57,895 bases of DNA from an uncultured Candidatus Saccharibacteria bacterium (GCA_964349135.1 CAYGFK010000005.1:1-57895), one strand, 5' to 3'; positions 16,196 to 26,660 are shown, numbered from the stretch's first letter. A program made the numbers and translations. The notes: a model not told the origin generated them from the sequence alone.

Positions 16196-18637
16196 ATGGC
16201 GGATAAGAACGAGAAGCCGAAAAATGGGATTTTGACCCGTCCGATTACGCTTGAGATGAAGGAGTCATACTTGGATTACGCGATGTCCGTGATTACGGCT
16301 CGCGCGCTTCCTGATGTCCGAGACGGACTTAAGCCGGTTCACCGTCGCATTCTCTATTCAATGCATGAAATGGGTCTAACGTCTTCGGCGCGGTTCAGGA
16401 AATCTTCGGCCGTTGTCGGTGAAGTGCTTGGTAAATATCATCCGCACGGCGATATGGCCGTGTACGACGCGCTCGTAAAAATGGCTCAGGATTTTTCGAT
16501 GCGGTACCCGCTTATCTTCCCGCAAGGTAACTTCGGCTCTGTCGACGGCGACGGTGCGGCGGCTCCTCGATACACGGAAGCAAAAATGTCGCGCATTTCA
16601 GGTGAGCTCATCAAAGACCTTGAAAAGGAGACGGTTGCGTGGCGACCGAATTACGACGGGACACGAAAAGAGCCGATTGTACTACCTTCAACATTTCCCA
16701 ATTTGTTACTCAACGGAACGCTCGGTATTGCGGTTGGTATGGCAACCAATATCCCTCCGCACAACCTTCGCGAGGTCTCCGATGCGCTTATCTATCTTAT
16801 AGAGCATAACGACGCGACTACCGAGGACCTTCTTCAATTTGTGAAAGGCCCTGATTTTCCGACCGGAGGCATTGCGTACGGAAAGAAAGATATTAGCCAT
16901 GCGTACGCTAACGGCAAGGGTGGTGTGGTTGTTCGGGGCGAGGCGGAGATTGTCGAAACGAAGGCGGGAACATTTCAGATTGTTGTTTCGTCCATTCCGT
17001 ACCGCGTCAACAAATCAGACCTTATCATGGCGATTGCCGATTTGGTCCGTGAGAAGAAGCTTGATGGGGTTAAAGGACTCCGCGATGAATCCACGAAAGA
17101 TATCCGTATTGTTATTGACCTAAAGTCGGGTAGTCACCCTCAGTCAGTCCTGAATTATCTCTATAAACATACACAGCTCGAAGACACCTTCCACTATAAT
17201 TGTGTTGCGCTCGTTGACGGCGTTCCGCAAACGCTTTCACTCAAGCTTATGCTTGAGAATTTCCTAAAGCATCGCAAGGAGGTTATCAAGCGCCGGACAG
17301 AATTTGATTTACGTAAAGCGGAAGAGCGAGAGCACATTCTCCTCGGGCTGAAGAAGGCGCTTGACCATATCGACAAAATCATCAAGCTCATCAAGGCATC
17401 AAAAGATGTCACTGAGGCGCGCTTGAAGCTCATGAAGGAATTCAAGTTTTCCGAACTTCAGGCCAATGCGATTCTCGATATGCGACTTCAGAAGCTTGCC
17501 GGCCTTGAGCGAAAGAAGATTGAGGATGAATTGAAGTCTATTCAGGAAATCATCAACGACTTAAAAGATATTCTTGCGAAACCGAAGCGTATTCTCTCGC
17601 TTGTCAGAAGTGAGTTGAGTGACGGCGCGGCTAAGTACGGCGACGAGAGGAAGACGAAGGTGTTTGCCCACGAAGCGAAAGCTTTTTCAATTGAAGATAC
17701 CATTCCCGATGCAGAGAGCGTGCTGGTGCTTACGGCGGGCGGGTACGTCAAACGGACTGACCCGGAAGAGTACCGGAAACAGCGTCGCGGAGGCGTTGGT
17801 GTTGTCGACCTCGACACTAAAGAAGAGGACTTTGTTTCTATGTTCCTGACCGCTTCGACTCATTCCGACCTCTTATTCTTTACCGATAGAGGCAAAGCGT
17901 ATCAGATAAAAATGTATGAAATACCGGAAGCGCGCCGTGCCACGCGAGGCAAGTCAGTGATGAATTATCTCGCGCTTGCGGAAGGCGAGAAGGTGACCTC
18001 GATTTTACCTATGCCGAAGTCGTCTCGAGGAGCCGACCATGCTCTGATGATGGTTACGGCCGGAGGGACGGCAAAGAAGGTGGACGCGAAGAGTTTTGAG
18101 GACGTGCGTAGGTCCGGCATCATTGCGATAACGCTTTCAGATGGAGATTCTCTTGAGTCGGTTCAGTTTGTCGGCAAGGGTGACACGATGATTGTCGCGA
18201 CCTTAAAGGGGCAGTCGATACGTTTTAAAGAATCAGATATTCGCGTTATGGGCCGGAGTGCCGGAGGTGTGCGGGCCATCAAACTCAGGAAAGGAGATGC
18301 CGTTATCGGTTCTGACGTGGTGAAGAAAGATGACCAAAATGCTTTGTTTTTGGTGGTTTCCGAGAACGGGTATGGCAAGACCACGTCACTGAAGGAGTAT
18401 AAAATTCAGAAACGGGGCGGTTCAGGAATTAAGACTGCAAAGATTACTCCTAAGACCGGCGCACTCATCGGGTCGCGCGTTCTCTCGGAAGACCTTGAAA
18501 TCGTTGCGATTTCTAAAAAGAGCCAGGTTATTCGGCTCGATGCAAAAGAAATACCGGAGCTTGGTCGCCAAACGCAAGGAGTTCGTGTTATGAAACTCAG
18601 GACAGGAGACGCTCTCGCTTCAGTGACCTGTTTGTAA
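16196..18637 (+). CDS. gyrA: DNA gyrase subunit A
   Basis: [23 protein letters not shown] (catalytic Tyr), GyrA-box QRRGGVG and C-terminal pinwheel repeats. Confidence 0.98.
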   Translation: MADKNEKPKNGILTRPITLEMKESYLDYAMSVITARALPDVRDGLKPVHRRILYSMHEMGLTSSARFRKSSAVVGEVLGKYHPHGDMAVYDALVKMAQDFSMRYPLIFPQGNFGSVDGDGAAAPRYTEAKMSRISGELIKDLEKETVAWRPNYDGTRKEPIVLPSTFPNLLLNGTLGIAVGMATNIPPHNLREVSDALIYLIEHNDATTEDLLQFVKGPDFPTGGIAYGKKDISHAYANGKGGVVVRGEAEIVETKAGTFQIVVSSIPYRVNKSDLIMAIADLVREKKLDGVKGLRDESTKDIRIVIDLKSGSHPQSVLNYLYKHTQLEDTFHYNCVALVDGVPQTLSLKLMLENFLKHRKEVIKRRTEFDLRKAEEREHILLGLKKALDHIDKIIKLIKASKDVTEARLKLMKEFKFSELQANAILDMRLQKLAGLERKKIEDELKSIQEIINDLKDILAKPKRILSLVRSELSDGAAKYGDERKTKVFAHEAKAFSIEDTIPDAESVLVLTAGGYVKRTDPEEYRKQRRGGVGVVDLDTKEEDFVSMFLTASTHSDLLFFTDRGKAYQIKMYEIPEARRATRGKSVMNYLALAEGEKVTSILPMPKSSRGADHALMMVTAGGTAKKVDAKSFEDVRRSGIIAITLSDGDSLESVQFVGKGDTMIVATLKGQSIRFKESDIRVMGRSAGGVRAIKLRKGDAVIGSDVVKKDDQNALFLVVSENGYGKTTSLKEYKIQKRGGSGIKTAKITPKTGALIGSRVLSEDLEIVAISKKSQVIRLDAKEIPELGRQTQGVRVMKLRTGDALASVTCL

Positions 18638-18698
18638 AGTTGTACACACTGTTTTGTCTGTATACTGCTATAATGAAGGGAGCTCTTAAGAGCTCCCT

Positions 18699-19229
18699 AT
18701 GCCTTTTTCTGACCCTGTTTCAAATATCGCACAGTTTGAAATAGGAGCCGGAGACATCATCGCAGACCTCGGCGCTGGTTCCGGTTTCTATACACTTGCT
18801 GCGGCGCATGCGACCGGAAGCACCGGCAAGGTATATGCCGTTGAGGTCCAAAAGGACCTTTTGGATAGAATAAAGAATTCCGCAACAAGCGATGGACTGC
18901 ATAACGTAGAGATTATTTGGGGCGATATCGAGGAACATGGAGGAACGCGCCTCCGTGACTCGTCAGTTGATAAAGTTATCCTTTCAAACGTACTCTTCCA
19001 GGCAGATGAGAAAATGTCTGTCATCAACGAAATTATGCGTATCCTAAAACCAGCTGGAAAAACTCTTTTTATAGAGTGGTCCGATAGTTCGTCGGTGTCG
19101 GGGCCGGACCGCTCACACCTCATACCTGAACATGAAGCTCGTGCGTTGTTTGAACGCGCAGGCTTTTCCATCGCTCGAACGATTCAGGCGGGGAAGCATC
19201 ATTACGGGTTTATCGCAGAGAAACCATGA
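18699..19229 (+). CDS. Class I SAM-dependent methyltransferase
   Basis: IADLGAGSG motif I, VYAVEV, VDKVILSN and LKPAGK. Confidence 0.85.
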   Translation: MPFSDPVSNIAQFEIGAGDIIADLGAGSGFYTLAAAHATGSTGKVYAVEVQKDLLDRIKNSATSDGLHNVEIIWGDIEEHGGTRLRDSSVDKVILSNVLFQADEKMSVINEIMRILKPAGKTLFIEWSDSSSVSGPDRSHLIPEHEARALFERAGFSIARTIQAGKHHYGFIAEKP

Positions 19230-20515
19230 GGAATATAAGCATGTTTCAACTGGTAGTTCTCGGCGTATTCTTCATTTTCTTTTTAGGAGGCATATTAGTT
19301 GTGGCTATCTACAGTTCGCGGGGGTCACAGAATGCTATTCAACCGATATCGGTAGTTGTGTGGGGCTCATTGAACGGTGGTCAAATGCGGCAGGCAATTG
19401 AACGTCTTGAGTCAGAGCGGAAGATACAAATTACCTATGTTCAGAAGAATGAGTCGGTTTTTGATTCCGGATTAGCCGAAGCCATTGTCACCGGAGAGGG
19501 GCCGGATATTATTCTCCTCCGACAAGACGCGCTTCCGGCGAATATTCAGAAAATTTCATATGTACCCTACGACCTGTATTCCCGACGGGAATTCCAGGAC
19601 ACGTTTGTCGAGAGCGGAGAAATATTCCTTTCTTCGCTCGGTGCCTATGCTATTCCGTTTGTTATTGACCCGCTCGTAATGTATTGGAACCGCGACTTAT
19701 TTTCGCAGAAAGCACTCACCAACCCGCCTCAATATTGGGATGAGGTGTTCGCGCTTGCGGGACAACTAACCACCTTTGATGCAAATGGGGGTGTGCTTCA
19801 AAGTGCCGTTGCGCTTGGCGCGTATGACAACGTCAAGAATGCCAAAGAAATTATTTCTACACTTTTCTTACAAGGCGGGATTTCGATTACTGAATGGAAT
19901 CAGGCGCGTACCGTCGTTACCTCCTCGCTTTCACGCGACCTCTATGCTGCCGCCGACGCGTTATCGTTTTACATGCAGTTTGCCGATGCGCGAAAGAGCG
20001 TGCGTTCATGGACTCGTGCGCTTCCGGATTCCGAGACCATGTTTCTCTCAAACCGTCTGGCCGTCTACTTTGGGTTCGCCTCTGAGGTGAATGGGTTGCA
20101 GTCACGGAGCCCAAATCTCAATTTCGATGTTGCCCTCATTCCGCAATCAAGAAGCAAAGCTCCGGAATCAGTGACGCTCGGTCGGACGTATGCGTTTGCG
20201 GTGCTCAATAGCGCGGAAGACAAACTCGGTGCGTTTGAGGCGGTCAAGGCGCTCACCTCAAAAGGTGTTGTGGAGCAGTTCTCATCGATTTCAGGCATTC
20301 CTCCGGCTCGCAGGGATATTAGTGCCCCGTCAGGAGACCCGTTTCAGTCGGTGTTTTATCGCTCGTCGATTATTTCAGAAGCATGGCTTGACCCAAGGAG
20401 AGATGAGACAGGGTTTATCTTCAAAGATATGATTGATTCAGTCGCCTCCGGTTTTTCGACGCCCCTTGACGCAGTCGGCAAAGCGGAACAACAGCTTAGA
20501 TTTGTAAATCAATGA
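19226..20515 (+). CDS. Extracellular solute-binding protein (family 1, sugar-binding-like) with N-terminal anchor
   Basis: GEGPDI, IPFVIDPLVMYWNRDLF...PPQYWDE, F.SNRLAVYFG. No permease or ATPase nearby. Confidence 0.8.
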   Translation: MRNISMFQLVVLGVFFIFFLGGILVVAIYSSRGSQNAIQPISVVVWGSLNGGQMRQAIERLESERKIQITYVQKNESVFDSGLAEAIVTGEGPDIILLRQDALPANIQKISYVPYDLYSRREFQDTFVESGEIFLSSLGAYAIPFVIDPLVMYWNRDLFSQKALTNPPQYWDEVFALAGQLTTFDANGGVLQSAVALGAYDNVKNAKEIISTLFLQGGISITEWNQARTVVTSSLSRDLYAAADALSFYMQFADARKSVRSWTRALPDSETMFLSNRLAVYFGFASEVNGLQSRSPNLNFDVALIPQSRSKAPESVTLGRTYAFAVLNSAEDKLGAFEAVKALTSKGVVEQFSSISGIPPARRDISAPSGDPFQSVFYRSSIISEAWLDPRRDETGFIFKDMIDSVASGFSTPLDAVGKAEQQLRFVNQ

Positions 20516-20937
20516 GAAAAACTAAAATAATTCGTGGCGTACTTTTCATTTCGGTCCTTATGATAGCCAGCACGCCTTTTCTTGTCGGCGCTCAACCGTC
20601 GCAGATTGTACCGGGAGATTGCAATACAACCATTGGCGAGAACGGTACCTTTACTGACCCGTGTGGGTGGACTCATTTTGTACAACTTGCAAACAATATT
20701 TTGCAATTTCTAGTCTACCTTTCGGTCCCCATCGCCGCCGTTGCTTTTGTGTACGCTGGCTGGCTCTATTTGTCGTCTCAGGGTAATCCGGGGCAGATCA
20801 GCCGTGCACATGGCATCTTTCTTAATGTTGCCATAGGGCTTATTATTGTCTTAGTGTCGTGGCTTGTGGTTGACCTCATTCTAACGTCACTGGCTACCCC
20901 TGGAAGTTATCTTGATATTTTAAGTCCGGGTAATTGA
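20512..20937 (+). CDS. TrbC/VirB2-like pilin (CPR type)
   Basis: Signal-like N-terminus, C..C loop, then TM-YAGWLYLSSQGNP...A-TM. Confidence 0.75.
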   Translation: MRKTKIIRGVLFISVLMIASTPFLVGAQPSQIVPGDCNTTIGENGTFTDPCGWTHFVQLANNILQFLVYLSVPIAAVAFVYAGWLYLSSQGNPGQISRAHGIFLNVAIGLIIVLVSWLVVDLILTSLATPGSYLDILSPGN

Positions 20938-20949
20938 TAATTTTTTGTG

Positions 20950-22059
20950 ATGTATCGGCTAACGAAACCAATAAGTGTCAGTGTTTCAGGAATATTCGTT
21001 ATTTCTTCATTATTACTACCGCTAGTTGCGGGGGCTCAGTCTTGTGAAATTGGAGGGAATTGTTTTATTCCCGTCGAAGCCACATGCTCTGTTTCTCCCA
21101 CAAGCGCTCCGACGTTTGGTGATGTCACTTGGACGGTGACCAGTGTTACTGGTGGGGTGGTTACTGGTTCCACTAATGCAGTGAGCCCATTTGGGTATAG
21201 TTATAACTGGTCTGGCTCAGATAACTTGAGCGGTATTACAGAGTCAGTGACATGGCAGTACGCTACGCCGGGAAGCAAATCAGGTACGGTAACAGTATCA
21301 GCAAATAACACTTCCATTACGGGTCTTCAAGCTACGGTTTTTTGTGGTTCTACGGGCATTTATGCCGTTCCACAGTGCAGTGACGGATTTGACAATGATA
21401 GTATCGAGGGTGTTGATGCTGCTGACCCGGATTGTACGGGTGCCTCAGATAATTCAGAGACGATGGTGCCTCTAAACGGTTCTTGCTCAGTGACACCTTC
21501 ATGTGGTGTCGCCGACACGACGACGTTTACGTGGAACGCCAGTGCAACGGGGGGTCGGGGTAATTATGAATTTAATTGGCTGGATGGTGGCAATCTCGTA
21601 GGCCAAGGTACTTCATTTGCTCAGAGTTACAGTATTCAAGGTACAAAGACTTTGTATATGGCGGTAGTTTCAGACGGATTCGATGAGGTCTCTACCTGTT
21701 CGGTGCAGGTGGTTGCAAGTCAGAATTTGTGCAGTGGTGGCGGTGGAAATACCGGTCCGCCTCCGGATTCTGGAGGAGGAACGGTTTCAGTCGGAACTAT
21801 TCAAAACCCTCTGTCGATAAATAGTATCAACGAATTTTTAGCTAAAGTACTCGGGTTACTGGTTCAACTTCTTGTACCGATTATCGTTCTGTTCTACGTC
21901 GTTACCGGCCTTATGTTTGTCACGGCCCGAGGGAAACCCGAGAAATTGGCGCTCGCTCGGAAAGCGTTCCTATACACAACTGTCGGTGCGGCCATCGTGC
22001 TTGGTGCGTGGGTCTTGGCAGAAGTTATCAGTAATACGATAGACGCTATTCAAGGTTAA
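20950..22059 (+). CDS. Secreted PKD/Ig-like and Cys-rich domains fused to a C-terminal TrbC/VirB2-like pilin module
   Basis: Two PKD-like units (YSYNWSG...YATPGSK; YEFNW...YSIQGTK), a CSDGFDND...ADPDC motif, and terminal G.MFVTARGKPEKL..ARK..TM pilin segment. Confidence 0.7.
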   Translation: MYRLTKPISVSVSGIFVISSLLLPLVAGAQSCEIGGNCFIPVEATCSVSPTSAPTFGDVTWTVTSVTGGVVTGSTNAVSPFGYSYNWSGSDNLSGITESVTWQYATPGSKSGTVTVSANNTSITGLQATVFCGSTGIYAVPQCSDGFDNDSIEGVDAADPDCTGASDNSETMVPLNGSCSVTPSCGVADTTTFTWNASATGGRGNYEFNWLDGGNLVGQGTSFAQSYSIQGTKTLYMAVVSDGFDEVSTCSVQVVASQNLCSGGGGNTGPPPDSGGGTVSVGTIQNPLSINSINEFLAKVLGLLVQLLVPIIVLFYVVTGLMFVTARGKPEKLALARKAFLYTTVGAAIVLGAWVLAEVISNTIDAIQG

Positions 22060-22061
22060 GT

Positions 22062-22415
22062 ATGAAGAAGCATATTTTGGCAACAGGGGTAATAGCGCTC
22101 ATTTTCCCTTTTATTTCCTTGGCACAGACAAGATTCGATTCAGTTGTCGGGACTATTTTAGTTTTTCTAAACCAGGCAGGCCTTGTGCTCATAGGAGCAG
22201 GTGTCGTGTTTGTGGCGTATGGAATATTTAGATATTTGTCGGCGGGAGGTGACCCGGTGAAGCGTGCGCAAGGAGGGTCTGTTCTCTTCTGGGGAATTAT
22301 TGCTCTTGCAATCATGGTTTCGTTCTGGGGACTCGTCAATATTTTACTCTACAGTCTCTTTGGTGGTGTAGGGTCTAATTTCCAGTTAAATCCAGGCCTT
22401 TTCAATCCTCAGTAG
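22062..22415 (+). CDS. TrbC/VirB2-like pilin
   Basis: TM-GIFRYLSAGGDP...G...WGIIAL..MVSFWGLVNIL. Confidence 0.78.
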   Translation: MKKHILATGVIALIFPFISLAQTRFDSVVGTILVFLNQAGLVLIGAGVVFVAYGIFRYLSAGGDPVKRAQGGSVLFWGIIALAIMVSFWGLVNILLYSLFGGVGSNFQLNPGLFNPQ

Positions 22416-22551
22416 AGGTCTTAAGGGGAATGTTTTTTGTCCTCGGATATCCACAGCAGGATTACTAGGAGACTTGATTCATGATATTCTTATCACTGAG
22501 TTAAAAGTTATCAGGTCGTTTATTAGCACTATTATTAGTTTCTTTTTTGCA

Positions 22552-22938
22552 ATGAAAAAAGCAATAATCGCGAGTAGCTTACTTCTGCCGGCGGTATCAT
22601 TCGCCCAGAATTACGATGTTGGTTCACTTCAGGGTATCGTTGATGCTATCCAGGGCATCTTGAACCTTATCTTCCCAGTTCTTCTCGCCATCGCAGTGTT
22701 TGTCATCGCCTGGGGTATTTTCAAGTTCATCTTGAATGCCGGTGATGAAGAGGCTCGCAAGTCGGGACGAAGCTTCATCCTTTGGGGCGTTGTAGGAGTT
22801 TTCCTCATGCTCTCAATTTGGGGCTTGGTGAACATTCTTGTGGGAACATTCTCACTCGATAACACCGCAATCACTCCTCCGGAACTTCTTCCGGGTGCGG
22901 GTACAGGTGGAGCTCCTGGAGCTGGTGGTGGTATATAG
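22552..22938 (+). CDS. TrbC/VirB2-like pilin
   Basis: TM-GIFKFILNAGDEE.RK.GR..ILWGVVG..MLSIWGLVNIL. Start placed at ATG 22552. Confidence 0.78.
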   Translation: MKKAIIASSLLLPAVSFAQNYDVGSLQGIVDAIQGILNLIFPVLLAIAVFVIAWGIFKFILNAGDEEARKSGRSFILWGVVGVFLMLSIWGLVNILVGTFSLDNTAITPPELLPGAGTGGAPGAGGGI

Positions 22939-22963
22939 AGTATCGTAGCAGTGCCATCTTCTC

Positions 22964-23203
22964 ATGATTCTCGAGAGAATTCTCCAGTATGTAGTAAACC
23001 CACTGATCTATCTACTTATCGGTATCGCGGTCGTGGTGTTTCTCTGGGGAGTCGTCGAGTTTATCATCAAGTCTGATGACCCATCAGGCAGGATAGAAGG
23101 ACAAAAGCACTTGCTATGGGGGATTGTTGGGTTAGCTATCGCCTTCGGCGTATTTGGGATACTCAACGTCATCCAAAACACTCTATTAGGCCTTCTTAGT
23201 TAA
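22964..23203 (+). CDS. Short TrbC/VirB2-like pilin
   Basis: FLWGVVEFI...GQKHLLWGIVGLAI. Confidence 0.7.
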   Translation: MILERILQYVVNPLIYLLIGIAVVVFLWGVVEFIIKSDDPSGRIEGQKHLLWGIVGLAIAFGVFGILNVIQNTLLGLLS

Positions 23204-23222
23204 ACTGAAAGAACGCTTATAC

Positions 23223-23295
23223 AAAAACACCCGCTTCGGCGGGTGTTTTTGGTATAAAAAAGCAGGGAATCGTGAGATTCCCTGCGTGTTTTTTT
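23223..23295. terminator. Two back-to-back intrinsic terminators between convergent genes
   Basis: AAAAACACCCGC-ttcg-GCGGGTGTTTTT and GCAGGGAATC-gtga-GATTCCCTGC with A/T tracts. Confidence 0.8.
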
Positions 23296-23298
23296 GCG

Positions 23299-24495
23299 CT
23301 AACGTTTTCCGCGCGCGACGATGGCTAACGGAGATGATTCGGTTCCGTTGTTCCAGTCAATGAACCCACTGTAGCTATGTGGCGCAACTTTCCGGACTTT
23401 CCATGTCCCGTGCTGTGGCCGACCAGGTGTCCTCCACGTGCCTACAGACTCAGTCTGGTTCCACGAGAACTCCATAGCTCCTCGGGTGCCATTGTCGACG
23501 TAGAACACTTTGAGGGCAATGTGCTCGTCATCCATCGCTGTCACAAAGGTCTCGTACTTCTGGTTTTTCATATAGAGGTCCCAGGTGAGATTGGTCAGTG
23601 ACTGCGGTGTGGGAGTGTGGGCAATCTGCGGTCGCTCACTCTTCACCTTTTCGTTGATGACCGATGTCGTGATGAAGAAGATGATGAGCATGAGAACGAT
23701 TGATATCTTACGGACCGTTCGGTGTTCGCCCATGGTCACGATGCCAAGCACCGGGACGATAAGTCCTGTGAGCCACCACACGGCTTGCGTACCTCGGATA
23801 TCCTCGAATATGTTCCTGTTGGTATGAATTCCGACCCAGGTGAGGATGCCGAAGATAACTCCGGCAGTGAGGCCACTATAGAGTACGAATCTCCACGCTC
23901 CTTTCCCAATGACTGCCCACTGTATCATCCGACGTGCGGAGAAGAGGGCAACAGCAAGCGCAATGACGACAAGCGTAATGACGGTGTACTTAACAATTCC
24001 GGAGCCACTCTGCTCTGCGACAAAGCTCCAAAGCATGGCGACTGATTCGGTGAAGCGTCCGTGGAATCTCCACGCCACGAGCGCGAGCGCTACGAGTAAG
24101 ACGGTCCACAAAGCAGTAGACCACCGTATCCTTTCTGTAACGGCCCGCCGTTTTGCGATAAGTAACATGAAGCCCGTAAGACTGCAAAGTATTACCGCAG
24201 TCCATGTTATCGCAGGTGAAGCGGACATTCTACCGAGCATCGGCACGGACACGACAAGGAGATACACGGTGATGGTAGCTCCCACGGCGATGACGAGTAA
24301 TTTCACGAGAGGAGAGAGGTCCCCCCATCGAGCGAGTTTTCTTACGGCTCCAACAAGCCATGGTATTAGCTTCATGGCGAAGCGTTTAAGGAATAGCAAT
24401 GTCGGTATGACAGCGCGTCTCATGACGATAGACGCGAAGGCGATGATGTGTGTCAAAAGCTTGGCACACATAGCGAGTATGGTTTTTGAGTTCAT
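23299..24495 (-). CDS. Hypothetical multi-pass membrane protein with C-terminal soluble beta-rich domain
   Basis: 398 aa with about 8-9 hydrophobic segments. Has its own promoter and RBS. Confidence 0.75.
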   Translation of the reverse strand: MNSKTILAMCAKLLTHIIAFASIVMRRAVIPTLLFLKRFAMKLIPWLVGAVRKLARWGDLSPLVKLLVIAVGATITVYLLVVSVPMLGRMSASPAITWTAVILCSLTGFMLLIAKRRAVTERIRWSTALWTVLLVALALVAWRFHGRFTESVAMLWSFVAEQSGSGIVKYTVITLVVIALAVALFSARRMIQWAVIGKGAWRFVLYSGLTAGVIFGILTWVGIHTNRNIFEDIRGTQAVWWLTGLIVPVLGIVTMGEHRTVRKISIVLMLIIFFITTSVINEKVKSERPQIAHTPTPQSLTNLTWDLYMKNQKYETFVTAMDDEHIALKVFYVDNGTRGAMEFSWNQTESVGTWRTPGRPQHGTWKVRKVAPHSYSGFIDWNNGTESSPLAIVARGKR

Positions 24496-24518
24496 GTAAA
24501 AGGTCCTTTCTAAGGGGA

Positions 24519-24547
24519 ATTATAGCATTTTTATCAGCACGTGTCAA
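24519..24547 (-). promoter_or_regulatory. Perfect sigma70 promoter
   Basis: On the - strand: TTGACA (24547-24542), 17 bp, TATAAT (24524-24519). Confidence 0.85.
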
Positions 24548-24551
24548 ATAG

Positions 24552-24581
24552 AAAAACCGGCTAAGCATTGCTTAGCCGGTT
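24552..24581 (-). terminator. Intrinsic terminator after the SPFH gene
   Basis: AACCGGCTAAGC-att-GCTTAGCCGGTT with a T-tract on the - strand. Confidence 0.75.
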
Positions 24582-24592
24582 GTGTGCCCCTC

Positions 24593-25912
24593 CTAGGTAG
24601 AGCGAGGGGGATTTTGTGGTGGCGTGTCTGAGCGCGCCGGGACCGTGACGAGTGAAGGCGCCCCGCCTTCGACATAGGTCGTAATGCTACTTTCCTTCAA
24701 TGCGCTGATACGGTCAACACCGAGTTGCGCCTGTAGGATTGCTTCACTACCTCCCACGGCATCAAACTGTGCCTTAAGAGCATCGGCTCGTCCTTGGCCT
24801 TCCTCAATTCGAGCTCTTCTCTCAAAGGAGGCTTGTGCTAGGCGGGCCTCGCCTTGGCGAACCGCGACTTCTTTTGCTCGTAGTGCCTTCAATACATCTT
24901 CGGCCTCCTTGATGGGGATGATGTCTTGTACCCATGCATTTCGGATCCAGACGCCGAACTCCTCGATAGTGCCTCGAGGGGCTTTGTCAGTGTGAGCGTT
25001 CAGCTTGCTGAAGACACGGAGATAAAACTTCTCATCCCCGTATCCTGACTTGATGAAGCGAACAAACTGCCTCATGGTCATACTTCTGCAGAAGTCGACG
25101 ATGGCACTTCTGATAGTCGCAGACAGGTTAGCAAACATGTTGTCCGGCTGATACACAAACACCGGCCGGTACGGCATGATGACCTGCAGAATGCTTTGCA
25201 CGACGATGTCCGCTTGAAAGAAGTCAGCAAATTCGACTCCTTTGACGATGATGGGGCGGGGGAATTGCCAGAGAAATCCGGTTGCGTTCAGGAGAGGGTC
25301 CTCGGTGACAATCACTTCTGCCGCCGCTTCTCCTTCCGAGCGACTGCCGGTAAGCGAGGTAGACTCGCGGAGTTTAATCCTCGGGATTTCATCGAAGCGA
25401 TGAAGTCTTCGGTACGGGTATATGAGACTGACCCAGTAGAAACCAAATCGCCCCTCAAGGATGCCGGGGGAATATTTCTTTCTCCGCTCTTCTCGCTCGA
25501 GGGCTATTTTATCCCGTACTTCTTCCGTCTGCTTTCCGAACCATTCTTGATTCAGGGGAGGATTGATTGGAAGAATCGCATCAATGACGGGTACTGACAT
25601 TGGCCGAACCGACATTTTAGGAAGTCGTAAGACATCAGGTTCCTCGTTTGCCGTTTTAGGCAATGAGATTTCGTCGAATTCCGAATCGCTGATATCGGCG
25701 ACGTCAATTTCAAACCCCCCGTTTCCTTGGTGGAAGTAGTAACCTTCCACATTGACGAGAGTTCGTATTGGCCTCTCTCCCGAGAGCACGAATTCCATGG
25801 TGCCGGGCTCCGTGAAGCTGGCGTGGCGTTTTGACTTGGCGGCGTCAATGAGGAGCAGTGCGACAAATGCGCATGTTCCGACAAGACACAGCCCCACAAT
25901 GAGGTAGTTCAT
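24593..25912 (-). CDS. SPFH/Band-7 domain membrane protein
   Basis: N-terminal TM, then ATIRSAIVDFCRSMT, EEFGVWIRNAWVQDI, followed by an Ala/Glu-rich coiled coil (ARIEEGQGRADA). Confidence 0.7.
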   Translation of the reverse strand: MNYLIVGLCLVGTCAFVALLLIDAAKSKRHASFTEPGTMEFVLSGERPIRTLVNVEGYYFHQGNGGFEIDVADISDSEFDEISLPKTANEEPDVLRLPKMSVRPMSVPVIDAILPINPPLNQEWFGKQTEEVRDKIALEREERRKKYSPGILEGRFGFYWVSLIYPYRRLHRFDEIPRIKLRESTSLTGSRSEGEAAAEVIVTEDPLLNATGFLWQFPRPIIVKGVEFADFFQADIVVQSILQVIMPYRPVFVYQPDNMFANLSATIRSAIVDFCRSMTMRQFVRFIKSGYGDEKFYLRVFSKLNAHTDKAPRGTIEEFGVWIRNAWVQDIIPIKEAEDVLKALRAKEVAVRQGEARLAQASFERRARIEEGQGRADALKAQFDAVGGSEAILQAQLGVDRISALKESSITTYVEGGAPSLVTVPARSDTPPQNPPRST

Positions 25913-26039
25913 ATTCTGCCTTTCTGTATGAGGTTTTGGTTGAATTCAAGACGGGCTATAGGTAGGCACGTCAACGTTCTAATCTGCGTCGCAGACTATC
26001 ATAAAATAGGAGCTTAGTCAAGTCTTCCTATCCTATATT

Positions 26040-26654
26040 CTAGTAGAGGAAGGGAATAATTTTCCAGGGAGTATGCTCTACGTATGAGCGATAGGTTTCG
26101 TCTTGAGCAAGAAAAGTTTCTTCCCGCTTGATACGGGATACCATCAGGGGAAAGAAGCTCATCATGAGGAATGCGTTCCAAACGGTTGGGTGGCTGAGAT
26201 AGTAGCCACCATAGAGCAGAATGTAGCTTGCGTAGATTGGGTGCCGGACGTAGACGAACATTCCTCTCGTCTTAATATCTCTGAGTGCCGGGGCGAGACT
26301 GATACTGGTGCCGAGTGACGCATAGGCCCACGTAAGGAGTAAGGCGCCAAGTATATTGAGGAGTGTTCCTTGGAAGAGGTCGTTGTGCTGGTCAGGTCGG
26401 AAGAGTATCGGGACGACAAGCATCATGATAGAGACAAGCCAGTCTGATGGTTTGAGAGAGAACGCTCTCGCTTCTTTTCGAATAACGAATGAGATGACGA
26501 GGATGCTTTCAGCGACGGTGAGGACAAGAGCACTTATACTTCCGTAGGTGAAAAAGGCCCGAATATTTGTGTACGCCAACCAGCCAAGCAATCCGGCGAG
26601 GATAAGGTTTCCTGCAAGGTGGCCGATTTTCCTAAGTGTCTTATTTTCAGTCAT
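26040..26654 (-). CDS. Isoprenylcysteine carboxylmethyltransferase/PEMT family membrane protein
   Basis: TRGMFVYVRHPIYASY...RIKREETFL...Y..Y...TPWKIIP. Confidence 0.85.
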   Translation of the reverse strand: MTENKTLRKIGHLAGNLILAGLLGWLAYTNIRAFFTYGSISALVLTVAESILVISFVIRKEARAFSLKPSDWLVSIMMLVVPILFRPDQHNDLFQGTLLNILGALLLTWAYASLGTSISLAPALRDIKTRGMFVYVRHPIYASYILLYGGYYLSHPTVWNAFLMMSFFPLMVSRIKREETFLAQDETYRSYVEHTPWKIIPFLY

Positions 26655-26660
26655 AAAATA

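Noticed and set aside
22447-22455. DnaA-box-like ATATCCACA in the pilin cluster (and TTATCCACG at 10552-10560 inside ybeY)
   Set aside because: Single one-mismatch sites are expected by chance.
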